From Octopus vulgaris (lineage: Eukaryota), in assembly GCA_951406725.2 (NCBI GenBank), contig OX597824.1:47182001-47246000 (forward strand): a DNA stretch of 64,000 bases. Direction: 5' to 3'. Made by a program: the position numbers and the translations under genes. The notes under the pieces are model-generated. The model was not told where the DNA came from. It saw nothing but the letters and a program-made list of their open reading frames with translations, and did not search any database. Positions 24,668 through 36,945 of the stretch are shown here, piece after piece (the stretch's first letter is position 1; every line of letters begins with the position of its first letter).

Positions 24668-26165
24668 GTAAGTATATTTAGCTTTATGATGATCAAGAAA
24701 GATAACCTGTGTTTGTTCTTTAAGTGGTTTTCCAATAATTTTTCACAATTATTTTATAGATAATCTCATTTCATGTTACTTTGTATCATCAGAGTTACAA
24801 GTGACTGAGTTGTTATGCTATCGATCTACCATTTAAGTGGGCTGCAGCCCATATTTCTGTATCCCTTAAACAATAGTCAGCTTTGTCTTCAGAAAAGTCA
24901 TCCAACTCAATATGCCACTCTGTCCTGCTGTAAATAGATACTGTAAGAAAGTACAACTCATTTATTTCAGTATTAATACTACCTCTGCCGCTAATATATA
25001 TTTTTAACAAGCACACTGGCTAATTGTGACACCAGTGCCTGTTCTGGCACTATTATTCTATATATTTCTGACAGGGAGATGAGTCGCTGCTACCTCTAGC
25101 AGTTAGGTATCCATCATTGACAAGACCAAGGAAGGTCAAAATCACATGATCTGGTGGTCTTGGCACTGGAAGTAAGGGAGATTTATCTCCCCACTAGCAT
25201 TATAAACAAGAGTGCATTTTGCATCAAAAGCCAATATGAAAGTTTCTCTTGTGGTATCTACCACAGTATAGTTTGTTCTTACAGAACATCCATGTTTAAG
25301 TGGGGATAAATGAGAGAACTGTATTGCTAAGTGTTTTGTTAGTTTTTATTGTTGAAATCAAATCCCCTCATGAACAGAAAATCTTCATCAACTTAAGTTA
25401 GAAAGTTAAGGAAATGATGAAAAGAAGGTGCAATGGCAATTCTACTGTCACTATCTTTGCATTTTCCCTTTCATAAACAATCACAATGGGATGTATTTAA
25501 TCATGTTTCTTGCAACAAGAAGACTAACTGTAATTTTACTGGCAAAGGTAGAGGGAATTATGTGATGTATATACCATAAAACACTATACCAACATTAGAG
25601 AAGTATCATTGAAATTGTCATCATCTTTATCATTATTATTTTACATGTTCTTTTTCCTTGCTTGCAATGGATGGAAAAGTCTTCGAGTGTCATGGTCATG
25701 CCTCATGTCATGGACAACAAAAAATTGTCTATTGCAACAAGACATGCCTCCTATAATCTTTTTGTATCCAAGAAATATAGCCATTGAGTGATGGATACCC
25801 ATATCTAATGGGTTTACTATCAAATGGACTGCTGTATACATCAGCCATTATGTCTAGTTCATAATCAGAACCAGACTCCAGTTCCAATGGTTAGCTGGGC
25901 CAAGGTAATTGGTAGTTTCTGAGCATTGACAGATGACTTGGTATCTGTTCCTGACAATAAAGTGAGACAATGTAGAATTAAGGATTTTTCTCAGAAACAT
26001 GATGGGGCATCAACAGGAAGCCCAACATTCAATTCACTACTTACACCTAGTGAAACAGGAAAATATTTGCTGAAATATAAAGAGTTTACCAATCCTTATT
26101 TGACTGTCGATATGATTATTATATTTTTTCTTCATTTATCTTCTTTTTTGTATTTTTTCCCCAAG

Positions 26166-26240
26166 TTCAATCCATAATTTAATACCAGAAATAACACCAA
26201 TATTTTCCAATCAAACAAAAATCATTATTGAAACTGCCAA
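26166..26240 (+). CDS. DNAAF3: DNAAF3 exon
   Basis: aag|SIHNLIPEITPIFSNQTKIIIETA(K)|gtaagt; phase 2-2. Confidence 0.88.
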
Positions 26241-27318
26241 GTAAGTAAAACTATATCCAATAGATCATATTCCAGATGTTTCTTATTCAATTATCTTTAT
26301 TATTCATGCTTTGTAGAAGGAGGTGCTGGCAGGCACACTAAATAGTTTTTCAATGACATATTGAAGTAATTATTTTGCCACTAGCAAGGATGGTACCTTC
26401 ATGCTCTCTAGCCATACTGGGGCACTACTAATATAGTTCTTCATGAAATTTTGTCTGCATGCCTTAAACCCTAACCACAATTTTATAATTAGTCCTAGAC
26501 TCACTATTAATTATATTACCATAATAAAAATATATTGAACTTATTACTTTTAATGAAGCATTTCAACAGTTTATCATCTTCAGTCCTTTATTAGTTATAT
26601 TAGTTATATAAATTTGGGAAATGAACTGAAAAATCTTTGATGAAAAATTAACATTTAATTTGTTATGATTAAACTCAAGATGAATTTGAACCAGCCAAAG
26701 GTACAGCTAATTCGTTGCTGGCATTTTTTTATAAACATCAGAGAAATGAAAGACCATTTAACCCAGCAAGATTTTTAACATCAAGGAATGATGCACTTGA
26801 ATATAAGTTGTTTGGTGTAGGGCTATGTTATTCATACAACTCACTATCCTTATAGATGCAACATTCAAAGTATAAAGATATAAATGAAGTGAAATCATCA
26901 TCCTTATCATACTTGTTGCCTTTAATTACATATCATTACAATCATCATCAACAATACTGTCAACATTTAACGTCCATTTTACATGCTAGTATGGGTTGAA
27001 TTGATTGACAGAAACTGATAAGGCCAATGGCCACACCAGGTTCCATAGTCTTTTTTGGCTTGGTTTCTATAGCTGGCTGCCCTTCCTAATGCCAACAACT
27101 CTATAGTATGTACTGGGTGCATTTTTGCATGGCACCATCACCAGTACTTTTTACACGACACCTTGGTTTTAGGATTTCATTTCTGTTGTAGTGGGTGAAT
27201 AACTTTTTTCTATGCTGGCATTTTCTCAGAAATCTCATTTTTACTTAGAATAAAATAGAATTTATAATTCTCTGAAAAATTACATTTAAAATAAAACTGA
27301 ACATGTCTTTCACAACAG

Positions 27319-27400
27319 ATTTATGTTGGACCTGAGGAAAGAGAAGCTGCAGGATTTTATTGATAAAGCAACTGAGAAAATTCATTCAGTTGGTTGTAAG
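27319..27400 (+). CDS. DNAAF3: DNAAF3 exon
   Basis: cag|FMLDLRKEKLQDFIDKATEKIHSVGCK|gtaaga. Confidence 0.88.
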
Positions 27401-28126
27401 GTAAGAGGTGCACACTTTATTTCCTCAATTTTTTTTTAACATTTGTATCTTAATAAAGATAGAACTGAAATAGTATAGGCTGCCAATTAAATGAACAATC
27501 TATATCTCATAACTAACCTATTCTGTATTTCTAAAAAATTAATCCTTAATGGCCAAGTTTATATATAAATGTACCATTGCTGATTTATTTCACCCTTGTC
27601 AATAGTTGAACTACAAATACATGCAAATAGGGTTTAATAAAATAAGATTAAAAGAAGTCCTTTCCTATTGCTGGTTTAACACTTGATACAAAATAAAATT
27701 ATTAAGGTTGGGACCAAAACATTACCTCAGTAAAAATAGATGATGTAGGGAACACCAAGGTAAAAAACTTAAGTGCTGCTCAGCTATGGCTAATTTAGTA
27801 TACTCACATAGTCAAGTGCAAATAGTTATAAAATATACCAACACTATTAAATCAGGACAGATTCTTGTAGTGAGACTCTGCCTAGTTTATTCCTAGTCAG
27901 CAAGATTGTGATAAACAACCAGACATATCAAATAGACTTATGTTGTCTGCAATAAGCTAACCACTGAAGGTTGTTCAATGCCCAAAAATTAAATGATAAT
28001 GTCAGTAGTAAGCTGACCATTGTTAATTTGCCATCAAATACCCATAAACTAAGCAATGATAGTTGTTGGATGTAAAACAACCAATATAAGCATTTTCATC
28101 AGTCAGCTGAAAAATTTCATTTTATA

Positions 28127-28285
28127 GGTGCAAGCATAGCTGTGTAGTAAGAAGCTTGCTTCACAGCCACATGGTTCCAGGTTCAGTCCCACTGCACGGC
28201 ATCTTGGGCAAGTGTCTTTTACTATAGCCCCAGGTTGATCAAAGCCTTGTGAGTGGATATGGTAGAGAGAAACTGAAAGAAACAC

Positions 28286-28330
<45 letters not shown>

Positions 28331-28750
28331 ATGCGTGTGTGTGTGTGTTTGTGTCTGTGTTTGTCATCCCACCATTGCTTGACAACAAGTGTTGGTATGT
28401 TTACATCCCCATAACATTAGCGGTTCAGCAAATGAAACTGCTGGAATTACTACTAGACTTAAAAAATAAGTCCTGGAGTCAATTTCTTCAACTAAAATCC
28501 TTCAAGGCAGTTCTCCAGCATGGCTACAGTCAAATGACTGGAACAAATAAAAGAGAGAGAGAGAGAGAGTGTGTGTGTGTGTGTGTGTGTATGCGCATGT
28601 GTGTGTGTTTGTTTGTCCCCCACCACTTGACAACTGGTTTGGCCAAAGAGACCAACAAAATAAGTTCTTGGCTTAAAAAGGAAAAGTACTGGGATCAATT
28701 CATTCGATTACAAATGACTAATGACTGAAACAAGTAAAAAATAAAAGATA
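28127..28750 (+). mobile_element. tRNA-derived SINE family B with internal (TG)n
   Basis: GCTGTGTAGTAAGAAGCTTGCTT...GGTTCAGTCCC...CTTGGGCAAGTGTCTT...GAAACTGAAAGAA-(TG)n...GACTGAAACAAGTAAAA; other copies near 980-1130(-), 7030-7370(+), 19850-20240(-), 55410-55735(+), 58850-59292(-). Confidence 0.85.
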
Positions 28751-28842
28751 AAAAACAAACAAACAAACAAGTATGAACACCTACATAATATACACACATT
28801 TATATTTTGATGGCTCTTAACATTTCTTTCTTCTATTTTCAG

Positions 28843-28911
28843 GTATCATATCCTGTTGATGCACAAAAAGATGCTTTTATCAAATTCAACTTTGAACGAG
28901 AAAACTGTTGA
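28843..28911 (+). CDS. DNAAF3: DNAAF3 last coding exon
   Basis: cag|VSYPVDAQKDAFIKFNFERENC* (TGA 28909-28911); AATAAA near 29167. Confidence 0.82.
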   Translation, partial: VSYPVDAQKDAFIKFNFERENC

Positions 28912-29205
28912 CAACTTCATTAACATTATCTGATCTTCAATTATAAAATTATATTGCAAAAAAAAAATAGACAAAGATGTCAATGGAAGTTTTCTGCTAA
29001 GTTAAAAAAAAGTTGCCATCTGCAAATTTTGCAATTATAATTTAACACATGAGCACAAATTCAATTTTATATCTTTATATCAGTGGCGTTTATTTTCATT
29101 GTTGCTATTGAAACAAAGGACTAAGTCAATCCTAGTAGGATTTGAACTCAAAATTAAGAGGGACAGAATAAAGCTAATGTTTTAGTGTAAGCATTCTGTT
29201 GTCTC

Positions 29206-31954
29206 TGTAACGAACTTAGTGTGAGTGTCTCTTCTCTTGCACTTTTGGGGTGCAAGTTGGTGCAATCACTAGCCGTTGCTTTAATAATCCAGAATTCCAC
29301 CAGTCAGAAACAACAAGACGCAGACGTAAAAGATATATATACTACTTTATTCTCTTTCTTGGTAACAGTAACAATAAGTGGTTATCTGATGTCCTTGGTT
29401 CTGGGCGCGCAAGACTGAAAGTTAATCGATTGTAATATTTACAATGTTCAGCCGCTAAAAACAGAACGGGTTAAAGATGGCGTCGAACAATGGAGACGAT
29501 GTTGGTCTGCAACAATTTGGTTAAAGGCCTTTTGGTAAGGACTGCTAGAAGCAAGTTCGAACGGAGAGAAAATATGCGTGACCGTCGCCTTCAGTCGCCG
29601 CTGTCTCAAGTCCTTGGCTGCTGCTGCTAGCGGTCAAACGTTCTACGACCCCCTTGCCTTGGCTAACTACCACGTAGGCAAAAGGGTCGTACTTCCGGTG
29701 GTTCGCGCATGCGCGAGAGGGCCCTTCCTTTCTGTGCCTTGGTGAAGGCACCAACATTCGCACGCGCGAAATAGAAAATGAACGGTGCGTGCGCGCGCAC
29801 CGTTATAGGATCACTACAAGGCTCCCCTCCAGTGCGTACGCACGAAGGAAACTCATTGTAGTGACTGCAAAACTCAAGGTGGACACCAGATAACCAAATA
29901 GCACACAATATAATAAAATGGCAAAATTTACATCATACATAAGAAATTTACCAAAAGGAAAAAATACTCAAAATGAGCAAAATCAAAGGTGCATGCGTGA
30001 AAGTGGATACGTCACAAAGTATAAACCCTTCCGCTGAAAGGAGCGGAGGGAAAGCAAAACTCAGTCAATGAACCTAGGCGAAATTAAATCCAACTCCTCT
30101 AAAGGTGGTTGATCCTGCAAAATAGCAGTTAAGTCAATTGCTGCAGGAGAGGAAATGGAATCGACAGATAGATCGCTAGTAACACAAAAGCAAAAGTGCA
30201 AGCATGCTGGTGTGATGCGTGACACAGATAATTTTCTCTGTTAATTACGTGACCAACAGGAGTCTAACAGGGGAAAATAATTACGCCCATACATAGGCGC
30301 AGCGCATGTGAACATCCGACATTCTATGAGTCGGGAAAAGATTTGAGCTAACGCAAACGTGTTGCAAAAACAAGGCAATACACGTGCGAAGCAAAGGCGC
30401 ATGAAATGCAATAGTGCTTGCCAGACCGAAAAACAGCAATGAATATGCCAGTGGTTGAGCGATTATATGCCTCGTTCGTACAGGAACAAAAGTATGGCAT
30501 GCCGGCGCGTTATAATGGACAAACAACCCTCTCTATGTATACGTGACCCCTAGGGTCTATAGAAATGAGGTGTGTCCACAAAAGGCAAATTTAGCATGGA
30601 AAAAACAAGCGAGAAAAGCATGTGTGACGTATGTATGTGAGAGAGATAGCATTTATGTGTGTGTACGTGTGTGCGACAAAAATACATACAAGGTGAAATG
30701 CGAGCAAAAAAATAAATACAGCGCATAGAAAAATGTCTCTCATGGCTATCCCAGACAATGGAGTTAATTTACCAGTCTCTAATAGCCTGATGCACAATAG
30801 CAGTTCGTTCTGTAACAGAATGTTGAAATCACAAATGCAGATGCCAATTGAACACAATGTGTAGCGGTTGTAGCTTCGATGCTGTGACATGTTAAATCGT
30901 TACAGAAGAATCTCGCAGATAGACGGTGCTGTTAATCCTTGGTGTGCATATGCACATACAGCGTGCACGCTAAAGTTCCGCGAGTTGCTATGTACATCTT
31001 GTGGAGGTCGACGGTGTTGAAAGGCGACGGTGGTGGTGGCGACTGTAGTGGACTTGAGACAACATTGTTCTTAGTGTTGATGGCGACGAAGATAACGACG
31101 ACGTGAAGTTCTAAGACGACGATGATGATGACGAAGGCAGAGAAAAGGCATCGTTGATATGATGGCGTTCGTCATCATGGCTGTAGAATAAAAAGGCTCC
31201 TTCTATAACTGTTTGTGGTGGCCAGAAAACAAATCGTCGAAAGATGAATGCGTAGAGTTAATCGTGTTCCGACTTCGCAGAAAAACTGGATTTTTTTGTT
31301 GTTAAGTGATCTCTGGTTTTAGACCAGAATCACGTCGGGGGTCCACCAGTGTAAACGAATATGTGTGTGAATATCTTCGTGCACTTTTGGGGTGCACAAA
31401 GCAATCACTGCGTTGCTTTAATAATCCAGAATTCCACCAGTCAGAAACAACAAGATGCAGACGTAAAAGATATATATACTACTTTATTCTCTTTCTTGGT
31501 AACAGTAACAATAAGTGGTTATCTGATGTCCTTGGTTCTGGGCGCGCAAGGCTGAAAGTTAATCGATTGTAATATTTACAATGTTCAGCCGCTAAAAACA
31601 GAACGGGTTAAAGATGGCGTCGAACAATGGAGACGATGTTGGTCTGCAACAATTTGGTTAAAGGCCTTTTGGTAAGGATTGCTAGAAGCAAGTTCGAACG
31701 GAGAGAAAATATGCGTGACCGTCGCCTTCAGTCGCCGCTGTCTCAAGTCCTTGGCTGCTGCTGCTAGCGGTCAAACGTTCTACGACCCCCTTGCCTTGGC
31801 TAACTACCACGTAGGCAAAAGGGTCGTGCTTCCGGTGGTTCGCGCATGCGCGAGAGGGCCCTTCCTTTCTGTACCTTGGTGAAGGCACCAACACTCGCAC
31901 GCGCGAAATAGAAATGGACGGTGCGCGCGCGCGCACCGTTATAGGATCACTACA
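29206..31954 (-). mobile_element. Non-autonomous Ty3/Gypsy-type LTR retrotransposon
   Basis: LTRs 29206-29818 and 31350-31954 (TG...CA); TSD TCTC at 29202-29205 and 31955-31958; PBS 31327-31348 resembles the tRNA-Trp 3' end (GAATCACGTCGGGGTCACCA with 2 extra bases); PPT at 29819-29830; no gag/pol motifs recognised in the 1.5-kb interior. Confidence 0.92.
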
Positions 31955-32959
31955 TCTCTGTTATCTTCTATAACATTGAATATTTATAAAATTATTTTTT
32001 ACTTCATCACTGAGTCACAGATATATTGGGGAGGTGTATATGCAATCAAATCTGGCACTTGTTTTATCAACTATTGAAGGGTGTAAAACAGTAAACTCTG
32101 GAAGGAAAAAAGTCAAAGTTGACCTGGAGGAACAAGATGCAAAGCCAACCTAGTATGATTTGAACTCAGAATCATAGAGGGACAGAATTAAATGCTGAAA
32201 ACTTTTCTGTTTTTTAGAAAATTATGCTATAAAATACAGCCACTCCACAGTGTACTGGGTGTCTTTTATGTGTCACCAACATAGGTGCCGTTTACGTGTC
32301 ACCAGCACAGGTGCCTTTTACATGTTACAAGCACAGGTGCCTTTTATATATATATATGTGTGCGTGTGTGTGTGTGAATCAAAACAGTTTGATTCAAATT
32401 CATTGGTACTCCGAGTTTCAAACATGATGTTAATCTTCAGCCATTGGGAATTTGAATGAGAGGAGTTGAAGAAAGTCGATTGTTATTACCATAAGGTGAG
32501 CTGCAATCGGTCGGGGAAAGTCACGCAGTGTCGCAGTTTGATGTTGGTATATCACCAACAACAGTTACTTGGAAAATACTGCATGGTAAACAGGAAATCG
32601 CTGTGTGGTGAACAGGGGCAATGTGTGCAAGCTTATATGGTTGTGCATGTATGTCTGTATTTATAGGAAGTTAATTATATAGCTGGTCATAGAATGACCA
32701 ATGGTTTTGCATCCATAAAGTGCTTAGCCTTATAATGGCACGTCGGACTCCAGTGGCCACAGGCATATAACCTGTTTTTCAAAATGGATATAGAAAAACG
32801 TTAGTCAGTTAATTTTGTGAACAAAAATAGTCTTAGCCTTAGGTGGGACGGATTATCGCCCTTAGATCGATTCCTATTAAATTTTTTATGGCTTTAATCA
32901 ATAAACAGGGAATCCTCGCTCTTACAGTGAGTCCAGTCAGCAAATGTTTTATGGTCCTG

Positions 32960-34110
32960 ATCAACGAATGGGGAATCCCCACGCTTGCAGTAGGTAGTGA
33001 CTAAATCCAAGATCAGTCTGGTGAGCGAAAAAAATACTGAGGAAAATTAATGACAACATAAGTACCTCCAACCTTTCCCTAAGGTACAGCACCATCAAAC
33101 TAATTTCATGGCTTAATGCCAACCAGAGGAGGAGTAGAGCAAGGCTCACTAAATTCAACATAGTCGACTTTTACTTATGTCAAAAGGGTTACTGGTCAAG
33201 ATACTTTCCTTTACTAGCGGCTTCATTGACATTAGCAATAGTAACATTGACATTATTATGCATGTCAGGAAAATAATACTGTTTGATAAATGTTTGACCT
33301 GGGTCAAACAAACCAACCTCGTGGGCTCCTTTGATGTGACAATGGGAGCTTATGGCAGTGCCGACATATGTAACCTCATTGTGCTATATATCCTGGACAC
33401 CTTAAAGAAGAGGTCCTCTTTGGTGTCTACAGAGACGATGCTCTACAGGAGCTGATAGGCACACCCTTGATGGACTTAGGAAGAACCTAACTAGCACCCT
33501 AGGCTCCATGGGACTCAAAATAACAATTGTGACCAATCTCACCATTGTAAATTTCTTAGACATCATGCTAGATTTAGGCTTTGGTTTATACAGGCCCTAC
33601 TGCAAGCCAAACAAGAAACTGTCTTACATCAACGCTACCTCTGGCCACCTGGCTATCATGTTCAGGAACCTAGTGAAGGGGTGTCAGCAAGAGGGTCTCA
33701 AACCTGTCCCTGAATCAAGAGATTTTAAATGCCACAGCCCTCTATTATAACAAGGCTCTGGTGTCCAGTGGGTTTAAGGACCATATCGGTATGCCAGGCC
33801 CCAGCACCCACAAAAGAAAACACCACTGGAATGTTATTTAGTTTACTCCCACCCTTCTCTATTAATGTTAAAAATTGTGTGGGAAGGATCTTCCTTAGGT
33901 TTATGGACAAGCACTTCATGCAGCCACACGGTACAGGCGTTTGTTCAATAGCTACAAACTAAGGGTCTCCTATAGTTACACACCTAGCATTAAAACAATT
34001 TTAGTGAACATCCCTAACATACAAACAGAGGCCGGTTGCTCATGCTGGGAGTACAATCCAGTGGGAGGCCAATGCAAGGCCTAGGGGATCGTATATGAGG
34101 TGGTAAGTGG
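32960..34110 (+). mobile_element. Penelope-like element (Neptune-type RT), degenerate
   Basis: FNIVDFY, FDVTMGAYGSADICNLIVLYIL, GVYRDDA, VNFLDIMLDL, YRPYCKPN, PPFSINVK..VGRIFL, then a Cys-containing linker ahead of the expected GIY-YIG domain. Confidence 0.85.
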
Positions 34111-34259
34111 CTCTAACAATCAGAATAATAGCTACAGTACATGCAGTTTAAGAGTATCACTGTAAACTTGAGGGTGCACCATTGAATAGTGAGGGACCAG
34201 TGCCATCAAGTGCACCCTGTTAACAATGGGCATGACACTATGAGAGGTTCTCTTGAGAG

Positions 34260-34900
34260 ATGAGAATGTGGCTGTTTAAGTAGATCCTTTCTTCCAATGT
34301 GAATGAACTCAAATTTTTCCTTATCAAGCAGCATATTGTTCTGCTTTACCAATTGAATGTAAGCTAGATTGGAATTTTGTCCTATCTCTTACCCTATTAA
34401 TAACTTTCTAAAACTACTTAAGAGTCATTTATGGAAATTTTCATTTTGCTGTCTTTGATGATATTTGTGATACTATTTATGTAAATTATGGAGAGAAGTA
34501 GGCCAAACACAGTGCCTTGAACTATACCACTGACTAGCTGAGCTTGAGAGAATTCCAGTAATCACATGTTGGGACATGCCTACTAGACCAGGAAATATTT
34601 GATCCTTTTTCACCAAATGCCATACTGGATAGCGTTTTTATTTATTTTTATTCTCCCAAAGCAAGCTTTGTTGAAATCAAAGTGTATGACATCTGTATTG
34701 GGACCTATCACAAAACATTTAAAATGTCATCAAAGTGATGTAGAAGCTGTGTTAAACTGTCTCTGGGAAATCATTGTAATTATAACATCATGCTTTTTAT
34801 CTGCAGAGAAAATATGCTGCTAAATTTTATTTAAAGTTTATTCCCTGAGTAAATATTTTGCATAACAATGAAAAAGATATTCGAAGACAAAATAGGGCAG
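34260..34900 (-). mobile_element. CR1/L2-like RT remnant
   Basis: minus-strand DVIHFDFNKA and SGIVQGTVFGLL motifs, heavily degraded. Confidence 0.5.
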
Positions 34901-35149
34901 TGGCATCTGGTGCTTATCACGAGAAGCTCTGGATTTCTTGTTGAGTAACTAGGGATGCTGCATTGAACAAGAAATGCACACATTAGTTTATTAGACTCTA
35001 GTTAACAAGATACTATTAGAGAGGAAGCAGCAGGTAAGGAAAGTGGGATATGGTTCACCATGCTAGATAGTGAAAGTAATGAAAATACTATACAAACAAA
35101 AATATTGGTGGCATATTCTGTATAATTGTTTGTGAATGTTGTATGCTGT

Positions 35150-35830
35150 GGCACTTGTGTAAGGCCACCTTTGACTCCCTCTTCATCCAGTCGGACTAGT
35201 TTTCAAGGTGCCACATACTGTCTGCTAGCACCAAATATTCAGGTGACTGGAATGATGCCATCCCTGTGGCTCATGTTGGTGACCTACTCAGCTTGAATGA
35301 ACTTCATGTTTTCTTTTCCCCAAGAGAGGGAGCTGACATATTCATGGGTTTGATCTATCGTCATGGCAGGATCCTCAACTCCACAGGCCTCCATGGTCTT
35401 TCTTGTTGCCTGAATGCTGGTCGCTTCACGCATCATATAGAGTTCAACCTGATACTCAAGAGGAGCTTGGCCTGGGCAAACATCCCTTCCATCTTGGAAC
35501 CATCTAGATTGTCCAGATGTGGTGGGAAAAGACCTGACGGCCTCAACCTGTGCCCCTGGTCATAAGGCAGATGCCTTATCTGGGATGTCACAGTTAGGAA
35601 CTCCTTTGCTTCTCACATCCTGGATGCTGCAGTCAGGGTGAGATCCACAGCTTCTGTGGCCAAGCAGAACAAAATCCTGAAATACTGCGATCTGTCGGCC
35701 AACTACATTTTCCATCCTAGCAGTAGTAACTTGTGAGGCTCGGTTGGGCACTTAGCTATTCCAGCACACCAGCCTTGTCATCACCTGCAGCAATGCTGCA
35801 AGCGTGCTGGCATGCCTCAATAGCCATTAG
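35150..35830 (+). mobile_element. CRE-clade non-LTR retrotransposon 3' fragment
   Basis: GLHGLSC..AGRF..H.EFNLILKRSL..ANIPSILEP..L.R.GGKRPDG...PW..GRCLIWDVTV (zinc knuckle plus restriction-like endonuclease). Confidence 0.75.
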
Positions 35831-36699
35831 AGAGGTTTCTCAGCACCCCCAACTTTTCAACACAAGGCAGTGAATTGTTTTGGTTTGCTTTTTTCTTTTC
35901 AATTGTGTTCTCTGTTTTGTCCAGTTTTCTAATTTAATTTTGTTTAATGCTTATTTGGGAGTTACGATTACAACAGATTTTAATGCGTTGTACTTTAAGA
36001 TTTTGTACTGATAAGATCCATATATATATATAAATTTGTAAATTCGTTTTAAACTTTTGGACTCGGGGTATTCCACAGTATATCTTTGTACGATTGAACA
36101 CAACTAAACTAGCGAATGTTTCAATTTATTGTTAGCGAATGTCTTTTTTATGGCGGGTCTCTCTTGTGTTTTGATCCTGCTTTCAAGTAATTTTCAGTCT
36201 TACAATAATTATTTCATTGATTTTAAACTATCAGAAAATGTATATTGTCTAAATTCTTACTACTGATTTACTTGAGTTATTTCCCTTAGGTCATTTTATG
36301 TCTTTTTTGTTTATTTGTTTTTTAATTACCACTGGTCAACCTATGTCGATTGACCAAAGCTGATTTGAATAGACTATGCTATGATAAGGAGGCTCAATAA
36401 GATCAAAGCATGTTCGTCGCTGTCCCTTCATTCAAACCTTAGATTTTCCTTTTAGCATGCAAATTTCGTGAAATGAAATTATCTCCCTTCTTTAGCAGTC
36501 ACCAACGATTACTGTAGAGGGTTTCTTTTCTTTTTCGTTTTCTCTTTGGAAATTTCAATTATTGACAAAATTTCTGCGTACATCGTTCAATAACTTAAAT
36601 CATTTGTATTGTCATGTTTGACAAAAGGCTAAAATAAAAATAGTTTCTATTCCTAATTCGAAGAGCTTAGATCTATTGTAAAATCTTGTTTCAAGGTGA

Positions 36700-36903
36700 C
36701 ATAATTGGGGGCGGGGAGAGGAATAACAAGAGTTATCGTTCTGCTTTCTTCCCTCATTTAAATCGCGACCGCATGTTTTGTTTGGAAGAACGATGTTTAC
36801 TTTGTGACTAGCGATGCTATTATACTTTAAGTAATATTCTAACCAGTGAGGATTCATTTCGCATACAGATTCTAAGTCTACTGATTATAGTAAAAGATTC
36901 CCA
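36700..36903 (+). promoter_or_regulatory. Probable COX20 promoter/5' UTR
   Basis: GC box GGGGGCGGGG at 36707-36716 and retained CpGs upstream of the ATG; TSS not determinable. Confidence 0.4.
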
Positions 36904-36945
36904 ATGTCTGACAATAATATAGAAGAAACTGATGAAAAAAGTCAG
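36904..36945 (+). CDS. COX20: Cytochrome c oxidase assembly factor COX20, coding exon 1
   Basis: ATG MSDNNIEETDEKSQ|gtaaaa; phase 0 joins the next exon; lies downstream of a locally CpG-richer region. Confidence 0.75.

Noticed and set aside
29221-29908. Duplicated short ORFs in the LTRs (also 31306-31936)
   Set aside because: They are duplicated only because the LTR is, and show no recognisable protein motifs.
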